In this document: piece after piece, positions 36,641 through 44,500 of the stretch
Numbering within the stretch: the first letter of the stretch is position 1
Layout of the letters: each line of letters begins with the position of its first letter
DNA from: a virus
DNA length: 64,000 bases
Reading direction: 5' to 3' (one strand)
Virus record (IMG/VR): IMGVR_UViG_3300025168_000032
Span: 121,653 to 185,652 of that record
Program-made: the position numbers and the translations under genes
Notes under the pieces: model-generated
Seen by the model: the letters and a program-made list of their open reading frames with translations, nothing else
What the model was told of the DNA's origin: nothing
Databases searched by the model: none

Positions 36641-36931
36641 ATGACCTTTCGCAATATGAAACAACTAAAATCTTTCAGTCACTCGCAAGGATGGCACTAC
36701 TTTGCTTGGGATGTTGTGCATGGTCGTCGAACCCAAAAGACCCCACCTTATGGAGGCTGCGTTTTTGTAGCATCGGAGAAACATAGTGATGGAACTCGAT
36801 ACTACGATATTCTTAGAATTATGCCCTTGGGTAACATTAAGTATGTACCCAGCAATAGGCCGTTCACGAACAGAAAGAAAGCTCACGCTTTTGCAAAAGC
36901 CTTCGCAAAGAAAATCTCACAACGGACATAA
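36641..36931 (+). CDS. Hypothetical early protein
   Basis: RBS; G..FV.SE......RYY motif; stop inside dyad copy 10. Confidence 0.6.
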   Translation: MTFRNMKQLKSFSHSQGWHYFAWDVVHGRRTQKTPPYGGCVFVASEKHSDGTRYYDILRIMPLGNIKYVPSNRPFTNRKKAHAFAKAFAKKISQRT

Positions 36932-36967
36932 ATTGTCCTACCCATTCAGACTGAAACAGCATATATT
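36924..36967 (+). repeat. Dyad promoter element, type A, copy 10
   Basis: GGACA-TAAAT-TGTCC-TACCCA-N17-TATATT. Confidence 0.9.
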
Positions 36968-36991
36968 ACTTATACCAACCAAGGAGAGAGC

Positions 36992-37216
36992 ATGTCAAAA
37001 CAAACAACATTCATCGTATCAGGCTGGGTAGAGCGTCACTACCGACTGGAAATAGAAGCTTCTTCTTATGAGGAGGCAGAAAGGATAGCAGAGAGCAAGC
37101 TTGATTATTCAGAGGGTTCCGAGCTTGATGATTATGAGGATGGTACACACGTTCGCATTAGTGATGTAGAGTGTGAAGACCCCGAATGGGATGAAGAATC
37201 CGAAGAAGAATTATAA
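36992..37216 (+). CDS. Small acidic early protein
   Basis: IEASSYEEAERIAE motif. Confidence 0.6.
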   Translation: MSKQTTFIVSGWVERHYRLEIEASSYEEAERIAESKLDYSEGSELDDYEDGTHVRISDVECEDPEWDEESEEEL

Positions 37217-37219
37217 AAC

Positions 37220-37263
37220 GGACAAAAAATGTCCTACCCAAACAGACCTAAACTACTTATATT
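37220..37263 (+). repeat. Dyad promoter element, type A, copy 11
   Basis: GGACA-AAAAA-TGTCC-TACCCA-N17-TATATT. Confidence 0.9.
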
Positions 37264-37312
37264 ATAGATACAAAACAAACACAAACTTTAACTTTCCAAA
37301 AGGAGTCCTATC

Positions 37313-38368
37313 ATGGCTATCGACTTTCGTACTTACAACTCAGTTATTCACCTCGTCATCAATGCAAAGTTTCCTATACTTATTCGTGGTCGTCACGGTG
37401 TTGGGAAATCAGAGCTTGTCTATAAGACAGCAAAAGACCTTGGTCTGCCTATCGTTGAGCGTCGAGCCTCACAGATGACAGAAGGCGACTTACTCGGCCT
37501 ACCAAAGGTAGAGAAGGGTATCACTAAGTGGCTTGCCCCTGAGTGGTTGCACAATGCCTGTAAAAACCCTGTGGTCCTTTTCCTCGACGAGGTTGATCGA
37601 GCTACAATGGAAGTCCGTCAAGGTATCTTTGAGCTTTGCGATAGCCGTAAAATCGCTGGCTACACCCTTCATCCAGATACTCTCATCTTTGCCGCTGTTA
37701 ACGGTGGAGAGCACGGTGCCCAGTACCAAGTAGGAGAGATGGACCCTGCTGAACTTGACCGCTACACTGTCTTTGATGTGGAGCCTACTACTGAAGATTG
37801 GCTGGATTGGGCTTCTGACCGTGTATCCTCAGAAGTCTGGGACTTTATTAACGCTAACCATAGTCATTTAGAGCACAAGGATGAGTATGAGCCTAACAAG
37901 GTTTACCCTTCTCGACGCTCTTGGGTTCGCCTTGACAAGGCCCTTAAAGGCTTAAAGCAAATCGAGCATGGTACTACACTATACCACCTTAGCCACGCCT
38001 TCGTAGGTATGGAGGCTGCGGTTGCTTTCAACGACTTCATCCAGAACTATGAACGTCAGGTCACTGTAGAAGACATCCTTGACAGAGGTAAGTTTGAACT
38101 CATGAAGGACTGGAAAAACAATGATCACCTTGCTCTTATCGAGAAGATGAAGGCAGAAAAGATATTTGATGAGGATCTTAGTGATGTTCGCACTGCTAAC
38201 CTTGCCGAGTATTTCGTAATTCTCCCAAGTGAGATCGCCATGACCATTTGGACCAACATCGGCAAAGGAAAAGTGCAGTCTAACATCGCAGCTTTCCACG
38301 GGCAAATCACAAAAGCTGGCGTAGTTGTTAAAATGCACCTTGTAAAGCTTCTATCGAAGGAGGTATAA
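37313..38368 (+). CDS. MoxR-type AAA+ ATPase
   Basis: GRHGVGKS, EGDLLGLP, LFLDEVDRA, FAAVN, MDPAELDR, PSRRSW. Confidence 0.88.
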   Translation: MAIDFRTYNSVIHLVINAKFPILIRGRHGVGKSELVYKTAKDLGLPIVERRASQMTEGDLLGLPKVEKGITKWLAPEWLHNACKNPVVLFLDEVDRATMEVRQGIFELCDSRKIAGYTLHPDTLIFAAVNGGEHGAQYQVGEMDPAELDRYTVFDVEPTTEDWLDWASDRVSSEVWDFINANHSHLEHKDEYEPNKVYPSRRSWVRLDKALKGLKQIEHGTTLYHLSHAFVGMEAAVAFNDFIQNYERQVTVEDILDRGKFELMKDWKNNDHLALIEKMKAEKIFDEDLSDVRTANLAEYFVILPSEIAMTIWTNIGKGKVQSNIAAFHGQITKAGVVVKMHLVKLLSKEV

Positions 38369-38369
38369 T

Positions 38370-38582
38370 ATGAATACCATATATGTAACACCAACCCCAG
38401 CTAACTATTTTACTACTGGACTTGGGGTATTCAACAAAGCTAAGAGAAGAAAGCCCAAGTCACGCAATGTTGTCCAGCAAAACCACATTCAACAGAATCG
38501 CAAGGCTGGTCCCCACAAAGACAAGAAGAAAGAACAAAGCAGAAAGAAATGTAGACAAAGAGTGAGAACGGACAGTTTTTGA
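38370..38582 (+). CDS. Small basic hypothetical protein
   Basis: AGPHKDKKK..SRKKCR; stop inside dyad copy 12. Confidence 0.5.
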   Translation: MNTIYVTPTPANYFTTGLGVFNKAKRRKPKSRNVVQQNHIQQNRKAGPHKDKKKEQSRKKCRQRVRTDSF

Positions 38583-38613
38583 CCTACCCACATACCACAT
38601 GCCGCGATATATT
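38570..38613 (+). repeat. Dyad promoter element, type A, copy 12
   Basis: GGACA-GTTTT-TGACC-TACCCA-N17-TATATT. Confidence 0.9.
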
Positions 38614-38639
38614 ATAGACATATCCAAGGAGTAATAGAA

Positions 38640-39821
38640 ATGACCAAGTTTGATTTAAATGAATACACGTTTTCGCTACTGAGACAGGAGCCGTTTTTTG
38701 CGGCCTTGTCTCGACGCATTACAAAGATGTCCACCAAGTCTATTCCTACCGCTGGTGTCTGTATCAACAAAAACACAGCCCAGTTTGAGATGGTATACAA
38801 CCCCGAGTTTATGGGGGACTTGTCCACAACGCACCTACAGGGGGTCTTGATGCACGAGTTCTATCATATCATCTTTGAGCATGTTACTGGTCGTTTACCC
38901 CCAGAAGGCATGAATATTATGTGGAACATTGCTACTGATCTTGCCATCAATAGCCATATAGCTGATAAACTTCCAGAGCAAGCCTGCATCCCCGGCCAAG
39001 GCCGATTTGAAGAGTATGAAACAGGCCTATCAGCAGAGCAATATTATTCTCAACTAAAGAAAGATGAGCAGTTTAAACCCAAGGACGGTGATGACGGTGA
39101 GGGCAAGGGAGGTGAAGGTCAACCCAACAGCCTTGATGATCACTCTGGTTGGGGTAATGCCGATGCAGAGACGAAGGCTATGGCTAAAGAGCGACTACGC
39201 CAAGCTGTAGAGGATGCGGCTAAAGAAGCCAGTAGCAAAGGTTCATGGGGTAGTGTATCCGCTGAGATGAGAAAGAAGATTATGGATATGATTAATCCAA
39301 AAGTCGATTGGAGAAAGGTGCTACGTTACTTCATTAAGACATCGCAACGCTCCAACAAGCGTAGCACCGTTCGACGAATTAACAAGCGTTTTCCCTACAT
39401 TCATGCTGGTAAGAAGGTGACACGTCATGCGAAAATCGCCATCTCTATCGATCAGTCTGGCTCTGTATCTGACAAGATGCTTGCAGCATTCTTCGCTGAA
39501 CTTGGTTCACTTGCCAAATATGCCGAGTTCACTGTCATACCCTTTGATACTGAGGTTATGGAAGAGCATGTGTATGTATGGAAAAAGGGCAAGCGTAAGA
39601 CGTGGGAACGTGTCATGTGCGGTGGAACCTGCTTTGATGCTCCCACCAAGTATGTAAACAGCAAACAGTTTGATGGTCATATAGTGCTGAGTGATATGTG
39701 TGCTCCTAAACCCATCCCTTCTAAGTGTCAACGCATGTGGATGACAGATACAGAGGGCAAAAACGCTCAATATTTCACTACAAATGAAAGGGTTATAGTC
39801 ATAGAGGGCAATAGTGAGTAA
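38640..39821 (+). CDS. Metallopeptidase-vWA protein (DUF2201-like), MoxR partner
   Basis: IPTAGV, HEFYH (HExxH), WNIATDLAIN, IDQSGSV (MIDAS), GGTCF, SD. Confidence 0.88.
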   Translation: MTKFDLNEYTFSLLRQEPFFAALSRRITKMSTKSIPTAGVCINKNTAQFEMVYNPEFMGDLSTTHLQGVLMHEFYHIIFEHVTGRLPPEGMNIMWNIATDLAINSHIADKLPEQACIPGQGRFEEYETGLSAEQYYSQLKKDEQFKPKDGDDGEGKGGEGQPNSLDDHSGWGNADAETKAMAKERLRQAVEDAAKEASSKGSWGSVSAEMRKKIMDMINPKVDWRKVLRYFIKTSQRSNKRSTVRRINKRFPYIHAGKKVTRHAKIAISIDQSGSVSDKMLAAFFAELGSLAKYAEFTVIPFDTEVMEEHVYVWKKGKRKTWERVMCGGTCFDAPTKYVNSKQFDGHIVLSDMCAPKPIPSKCQRMWMTDTEGKNAQYFTTNERVIVIEGNSE

Positions 39822-40038
39822 ATCCGAAAATAGGGCCGTTTTGAACGATTATTATATGTCCGTTGGGGACTTGGTTGAAGATAGAGTTGTAAATCCGAAT
39901 ACCATAGGTCAAAGGATAGGTATAGTCTTAAGGATCGACTCAGCTTGGACAGTCAACGCAACATATCTCGTTCAATGGAATGGCTGGGTTAATCCCATAC
40001 CATATAAAGATTGGGAAATCAGAAAAGTGGTCAAATAA
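39814..40038 (+). CDS. SH3/KOW-like protein
   Basis: SVGDLV..IGIVL..VQWNG; stop inside dyad copy 13. Confidence 0.6.
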   Translation: MSKSENRAVLNDYYMSVGDLVEDRVVNPNTIGQRIGIVLRIDSAWTVNATYLVQWNGWVNPIPYKDWEIRKVVK

Positions 40039-40072
40039 TGACCTACCCACCTACCCCTGTACGCGCTACATT
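40029..40072 (+). repeat. Dyad promoter element, type A, copy 13
   Basis: GGTCA-AATAA-TGACC-TACCCA-N17-TACATT. Confidence 0.9.
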
Positions 40073-40099
40073 ATATATACAACCAAGGAGAATAAGAAA

Positions 40100-40504
40100 A
40101 TGGCTTATTTGAAAACAGACCAAACAGTCTATTTTGCACAAGGTAACATTACTTCAATTGTTGAAAAGGTGGCCTTCCGCAAATACCTTTCCAAGCCCCG
40201 CAAGGATAAGAAGACTGGGGAACGTAGAAGGAAGTGGAAAGCAATGCCTTATGCAGTTTGTAAAGTGCTTTTAAGCGAAGACAACAGCGTCCCAGCCGAT
40301 ACACAATTTTTGATTGCTGGTTACCGTCTTAACCAAAAATACTTACAGGGAAAGATGATCCTTGTGATGGGTAACGAGCATATAGCAGACTATCAAGAAG
40401 AATGGGGAAACCAGTGGGTTAGCAACATGATTAAACAGGAGAATGAATATGAAGAACAACGAAAGAAAAAGGCGGCTGAGTATCGGGCGAAGAATAATAA
40501 ATAA
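40100..40504 (+). CDS. Hypothetical early protein
   Basis: CCAAGGAG RBS; the track's N-terminal extension is promoter DNA. Confidence 0.6.
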   Translation: MAYLKTDQTVYFAQGNITSIVEKVAFRKYLSKPRKDKKTGERRRKWKAMPYAVCKVLLSEDNSVPADTQFLIAGYRLNQKYLQGKMILVMGNEHIADYQEEWGNQWVSNMIKQENEYEEQRKKKAAEYRAKNNK

Positions 40505-40505
40505 G

Positions 40506-40601
40506 ATGGAAAATATAGTCTTAGGGATAGGGTTAGTAAGTTTTGTATATTGTGCAGTGATCAGGAGGAGTTTCGGCTATGGTAAAGAAAACAAACATTA
40601 A
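40506..40601 (+). CDS. 31-aa membrane peptide
   Basis: MENIVLGIGLVSFVYCAVIRR... Confidence 0.4.
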   Translation: MENIVLGIGLVSFVYCAVIRRSFGYGKENKH

Positions 40602-40794
40602 ACAGCGCAAATTTTCGATAAAACTAAAGACCTGCTTCGTGTTGCAGGTCCACTTAGAAGAACTCGATATGATAAAGGAAACAGCAAGTCAATTCCCTGA
40701 GCCTGTCCCTGAGCATGATGAGTTTATAGAAATGATGGTTGAAGCCCTCTGTAAGTCTCTCTATATCATTTTTCCTAATCCTTTTGACGCATAG
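40579..40794 (+). CDS. Hypothetical protein
   Basis: GGAGG RBS. Confidence 0.5.
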   Translation: MVKKTNIKQRKFSIKLKTCFVLQVHLEELDMIKETASQFPEPVPEHDEFIEMMVEALCKSLYIIFPNPFDA

Positions 40795-40802
40795 ACCCAA
40801 AC

Positions 40803-40846
40803 GGACACCTTTTGTCCTACCCAACCAGACCAGAACAAGATATATT
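40803..40846 (+). repeat. Dyad promoter element, type A, copy 14
   Basis: GGACA-CCTTT-TGTCC-TACCCA-N17-TATATT. Confidence 0.9.
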
Positions 40847-40870
40847 ATATATACCAACCAAGGAAACAAA

Positions 40871-41119
40871 ATGGAAAATCAAGCTGACCTTTACAAAACC
40901 ACCATCACCGATACTATTGATGACTTCCAGAGCTTAATGGCCAAAGACCTTGGTAATATTAAGAAGCTTATCAGCATAATGGAAGCAGACCCATCACGTA
41001 TGCCATCGCTTACAACCAACCTATCTCAGTTAGCCGCAAGCCTTCAAGAGAATACCAATGCAATGCGAGCACTGCAAAATGTGGCTCTGTATGTTGACAG
41101 AGAAGCGAAGTACAGATAA
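40871..41119 (+). CDS. Hypothetical helical protein
   Basis: CCAAGGA RBS. Confidence 0.55.
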   Translation: MENQADLYKTTITDTIDDFQSLMAKDLGNIKKLISIMEADPSRMPSLTTNLSQLAASLQENTNAMRALQNVALYVDREAKYR

Positions 41120-41120
41120 C

Positions 41121-41164
41121 GGACATTTTTTGTCCTACCCAAAGAGACTGAAACAAGATATATT
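41121..41164 (+). repeat. Dyad promoter element, type A, copy 15
   Basis: GGACA-TTTTT-TGTCC-TACCCA-N17-TATATT. Confidence 0.9.
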
Positions 41165-41189
41165 ATTAACACAACCAAGGAGAACTAAC

Positions 41190-41471
41190 ATGCCTATTCG
41201 TACTACCAATTCAGACATCCCCCGTCACTGGTCACACAACCAACCAGCCACAAGCCATAACAACCAATACAAGACAGATGGCCAGAACCTGTATAGCTAT
41301 CGCCAGATTATTGGTATCACCCTTAGCAACGGTGATAAAGTCCTACTTGATTATACATCGCCCGCTGGTCACATGATATCAATGACCACCTCCAACCACG
41401 TTGGAAGGGCCCGCAGTTATGCCGATGTTGTCATGAACCCCGACGCGGCCAAAGTTGCTGATTTGATATAA
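41190..41471 (+). CDS. Hypothetical early protein
   Basis: LYSY...IG...S.TTSNHVG motif. Confidence 0.6.
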   Translation: MPIRTTNSDIPRHWSHNQPATSHNNQYKTDGQNLYSYRQIIGITLSNGDKVLLDYTSPAGHMISMTTSNHVGRARSYADVVMNPDAAKVADLI

Positions 41472-41473
41472 CG

Positions 41474-41812
41474 ATGAAGTCAGACCTATACAAAATAAAA
41501 CTTATCAACAAGAGAACCGATAAGTCATGGGAGGTGAAAAGGAAGGGAAAGATAGAACGCAAAGGAAACCTATATATTCGCAAGTGTTATAGAGGGAGAA
41601 AGGGCCAATGGTCTATTATCCATAAGCATACCGACTCAGCGATCATAAAGCCCTTCCTTCGCCTGTCTCTCCCCCAAGCTCGTAGCATCTGCCAGAATAT
41701 CGGGCATTGGCAATGCTGGAAACGAAAGAGTGTTAAGGCCGTAAGATCCAGCCTGACCGAAGCCCAGAAGACAAAGCTATTGAAAGAGGTGAAACAATGT
41801 CAGCACATATAA
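41474..41812 (+). CDS. Basic hypothetical protein
   Basis: ORF. Confidence 0.5.
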   Translation: MKSDLYKIKLINKRTDKSWEVKRKGKIERKGNLYIRKCYRGRKGQWSIIHKHTDSAIIKPFLRLSLPQARSICQNIGHWQCWKRKSVKAVRSSLTEAQKTKLLKEVKQCQHI

Positions 41813-41937
41813 CCACGAACGGCAGCACCGTTCAAATCCACATTACACCAAAGAACAACCACAAGAGGGATAATATTATTTTTGTAGAGAAGGGACCAAG
41901 AGTAAGAAAGAACAAGAAGGTACAAAGCAATGACTGA
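41797..41937 (+). CDS. 46-aa hypothetical protein (not in track)
   Basis: GAGG RBS; MSAHITTNG... Confidence 0.4.
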   Translation: MSAHITTNGSTVQIHITPKNNHKRDNIIFVEKGPRVRKNKKVQSND

Positions 41938-42115
41938 TCCAATATCAAACACACAGCTTAGTAAGTCGGAACAGTTTGCTATTAACTTCGCTGCAATGCT
42001 GACGATCAACCAAGTCATCAAGGAAGCCCAGTATCAGCCCGAGCAAATCCGAAAGGAGCTTGAGAAAACCATCTATGACGCACTGCTGTTAAACCCCAAT
42101 CCTGCTGAGGCATAG
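41930..42115 (+). CDS. Hypothetical protein
   Basis: Coupled ORF. Confidence 0.5.
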   Translation: MTDPISNTQLSKSEQFAINFAAMLTINQVIKEAQYQPEQIRKELEKTIYDALLLNPNPAEA

Positions 42116-42117
42116 CT

Positions 42118-42384
42118 ATGAATCAAGACCTCATAAAATATAAAAACGTAAAAGTAGGGGACTTGTTAAAGAGTGAAAGCTTTAGAGGTAACCACGCAAC
42201 AGTATTAGATAAACGTTTAGAGTGGGACTTAATACCTACAAGCTGTGAATATATTGAATGGGGAATGATACAGGTGATTGATTGTTACGGTGATGTCTTC
42301 TGGTTTGAAGCTGATGAGCATGATGTTTATTTATGTTATCATCCTGATACAAAGGAGCCTGTAACACAGTGTGAAGATAAATAA
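42118..42384 (+). CDS. SH3/KOW-like protein
   Basis: VKVGDLL. Confidence 0.55.
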   Translation: MNQDLIKYKNVKVGDLLKSESFRGNHATVLDKRLEWDLIPTSCEYIEWGMIQVIDCYGDVFWFEADEHDVYLCYHPDTKEPVTQCEDK

Positions 42385-42676
42385 AATGATCTACTACTAC
42401 ACTCCCCTGCGCCTGCTCGTGCCTGTTTGCGCTTGTCTGCTTGTGCTTGCAATGTCAATGGGGAGGAGTTTAGTAGAAAGGTGTAGATATTACTATGTTT
42501 TTAAGGTGTTTTTTATGTTAATGGTCTGTTTAGTGGTGGTTATGGTAGTGTATTTGGTGCACTTTCGCAGTGTAGCTTTGACGATATTCAGCTTACAACC
42601 TGTGTTATCCACGAGCAGCATTGACGATAAAGTAAACCTTTCAAACACCGTTCGGAAACCCAACAGTATTCTATGA
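42371..42676 (+). CDS. Putative two-TM membrane protein
   Basis: Hydrophobic stretches; start uncertain. Confidence 0.35.
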   Translation: MKINKMIYYYTPLRLLVPVCACLLVLAMSMGRSLVERCRYYYVFKVFFMLMVCLVVVMVVYLVHFRSVALTIFSLQPVLSTSSIDDKVNLSNTVRKPNSIL

Positions 42677-42694
42677 GCAATGTTTTGTTTTGCC

Positions 42695-42747
42695 GGACAT
42701 ATTGTGACCGCTTTCACGTTTGACAGAGGATATCATCGGGTTATATT
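42695..42747 (+). repeat. Dyad promoter element, type B, copy 16
   Basis: GGACA-TATTG-TGACC-N10-TTGACA-N16-TATATT. Confidence 0.85.
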
Positions 42748-42843
42748 ATATATATGAAAAGGGCAAACAAATATTCTTTCTCCCCCTAAGAGAAACCTAA
42801 ACTAACCCCTTGATTTTCCTCACCTTTTTATTTTGGAGTTTTC

Positions 42844-42984
42844 ATGCACATCATCACAAGAACATGGTTAGGAATGACCCACACCGTAAAGATCCCAGCC
42901 AGTGACACGGCTCGTTTGTTCTTCTACTTGGAAGCTTATAGCAATCACCCCGAGGTTACATACACTCACAGCTTTGTCGAGTAA
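42844..42984 (+). CDS. 46-aa hypothetical protein (not in track)
   Basis: GGAG RBS; MHIITRTWLG... Confidence 0.5.
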   Translation: MHIITRTWLGMTHTVKIPASDTARLFFYLEAYSNHPEVTYTHSFVE

Positions 42985-42985
42985 C

Positions 42986-43038
42986 GGACATAAATTGACC
43001 GGTTATGGATTCGACAGCAGACCCCAACGAGTTATATT
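42986..43038 (+). repeat. Dyad promoter element, type B, copy 17
   Basis: GGACA-TAAAT-TGACC-N10-TCGACA-N16-TATATT. Confidence 0.85.
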
Positions 43039-43069
43039 ATATACATGAAAACAAACACTTTGGAGAACC

Positions 43070-43324
43070 ATGAACAATCTTTCACTTTATCAAGCCACCC
43101 AACAAGCCAACGAGCTTGCACAGAAGACCCGCCAAGATCATCACGTTGTAGGCAAAAGATCAATGGGAGATTATCATATCGTAGTCATGAGCGAACACGA
43201 GTTTTATCCTTACACGAGTTTGAAGACAACCGATAAGTTTCACGACATCCTAAGAACCAAGCGGGTTGACTGGTCCCTATGGACTCGCGATAGCAACCAA
43301 GGCGTAAAGGAAACACAACCATGA
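43070..43324 (+). CDS. Hypothetical early protein
   Basis: GGAG RBS. Confidence 0.55.
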   Translation: MNNLSLYQATQQANELAQKTRQDHHVVGKRSMGDYHIVVMSEHEFYPYTSLKTTDKFHDILRTKRVDWSLWTRDSNQGVKETQP

Positions 43325-43410
43325 ATGAAGCCACCTTAGACCTTATCCTTATCTTTGCTATCTTCTTTCTATCATACCTTACCATCATTCTTTTAGGAGT
43401 TTTATTATGA
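43321..43410 (+). CDS. 29-aa membrane peptide
   Basis: MNEATLDLILIFAIFFLSYLTIILLGVLL. Confidence 0.45.
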   Translation: MNEATLDLILIFAIFFLSYLTIILLGVLL

Positions 43411-43622
43411 GCCGTCAATCCACTTTAGTTCTCGCTGTTATCGTCGATGTCGCCTGTTGGTCCACCTTAATCCTTTTGCTTGTGCTCTTCCTTCCTTCAT
43501 GCGCTAAGGTTCCACAAGGCACCGTTACAGCCGTGTATGATGAGGTTGTTGTTGTTGATGCAACTCCCATGGTTATTGCAGTATCCGAAGAAATGACAGC
43601 TACAGAATACATTTTAGAATAG
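43407..43622 (+). CDS. Small membrane or lipoprotein-like protein
   Basis: TM helix followed by LPSC. Confidence 0.45.
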   Translation: MSRQSTLVLAVIVDVACWSTLILLLVLFLPSCAKVPQGTVTAVYDEVVVVDATPMVIAVSEEMTATEYILE

Positions 43623-43674
43623 GACATTTTCTGTCCGGTGTCTTGTTTGACAGACCCTGTCACAATGTTATATT
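43622..43674 (+). repeat. Dyad promoter element, type B, copy 18
   Basis: GGACA-TTTTC-TGTCC-N10-TTGACA-N16-TATATT. Confidence 0.85.
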
Positions 43675-43719
43675 ATATACATGAAAACAAACAACTTTCC
43701 CTTTTCCCTCGGAGCCTCA

Positions 43720-44067
43720 ATGAATTTCACTAACCTTCCTAAGCACTCAACCGATATCAAAGACTATGCTGACCAGCGTAACCCCGAGCTTAACGTGAAG
43801 CTTGCCAAGCAACTCAACGCACAGGCCGTCCGGTTGGAGCTTCTTTTTCTCGACATCTTGACCAGCCCTAAGCATCAAGAGATAGAGTATAAGGATATCC
43901 TACCATGGCGCCAGCGTGTCAGCTACCTTAAGAGTCAGGGCCAAGGTCGTGCAGCTAAGCGCATCGCAATTGCTGAAGCTGCAATAGAAGCCAAGCAGGT
44001 TGACAGTGACGAGGAGTTCATGACTGGATACAAGGAGTTCCTTGACAGTGAGTTCATTGTTAGCTAA
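43720..44067 (+). CDS. Hypothetical helical protein
   Basis: GGAG RBS before MNFTNLP (in-frame ATG also at 43681). Confidence 0.55.
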   Translation: MNFTNLPKHSTDIKDYADQRNPELNVKLAKQLNAQAVRLELLFLDILTSPKHQEIEYKDILPWRQRVSYLKSQGQGRAAKRIAIAEAAIEAKQVDSDEEFMTGYKEFLDSEFIVS

Positions 44068-44125
44068 CCACCTACCTACCCCCCAACCCTAACCTAACTA
44101 CTTATTATATTACCGGAGTTTATCT

Positions 44126-44293
44126 ATGTCTATTAAAGTAACCATTCAACCATCAACCAAATACGCCAACAGTTACCAAGTCGTCAAGACCATAACCTAT
44201 GAAGGCGCGGCCCGTCCTGTATCCCGCGAGGTGATCGAGTGTCACAACCTTGCTACCGCTAAGTGGGAAGCACGTAACGCAACACGCAAGTAA
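44126..44293 (+). CDS. 55-aa hypothetical protein (not in track)
   Basis: GGAG RBS; preceded by degenerate CTACC-TACCCC promoter lacking the dyad. Confidence 0.5.
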   Translation: MSIKVTIQPSTKYANSYQVVKTITYEGAARPVSREVIECHNLATAKWEARNATRK

Positions 44294-44500
44294 CAAAGAG
44301 TTACGCGTAACAAATAAATGTTTTGTTACGTTTACATTAAAGGGGGGGTCCTCCCCCCTCCCCCCTACTGCTCCCTCCTCTACGGGGATTCAAATAAGTA
44401 CCATTGAACCTGCCTTTTCGGCCGGCTAGTATATGGTACACTCACACTATTTCCAAAAAATCCGAGATTCGAAAATTTGCCCAAAAATTTTTTCAGTTTT
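44290..44500. other. Non-coding boundary with palindromes, G/C runs and A/T tracts
   Basis: GTTACGCGTAAC, CGTAACAAA..TTTGTTACG, AGGGGGGGTCCTCCCCCCTCCCCCC, AAAAATTTTTT. Confidence 0.7.

Noticed and set aside
38370-38582. ArfA-like ribosome rescue factor
   Set aside because: Only basic composition is shared; the ArfA KGKGS motif is absent.
39980-41189. ORF-track N-terminal extensions such as 39980, 40739, 41058, 35811, 30349, 37173 and 44477
   Set aside because: They translate promoter-element or intergenic DNA; true starts follow the downstream RBS, and 37173 is likely spurious.
29666-43674. CRISPR array interpretation of the repeated element
   Set aside because: The intervals are about 290-1570 nt, contain whole genes and vary widely; no cas genes are in the window.
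29666-43674. Classical integron (attC cassettes)
   Set aside because: No tyrosine integrase in the window, no RYYYAAC/GTTRRRY boxes, and each unit carries its own promoter; only a loose analogy is retained.
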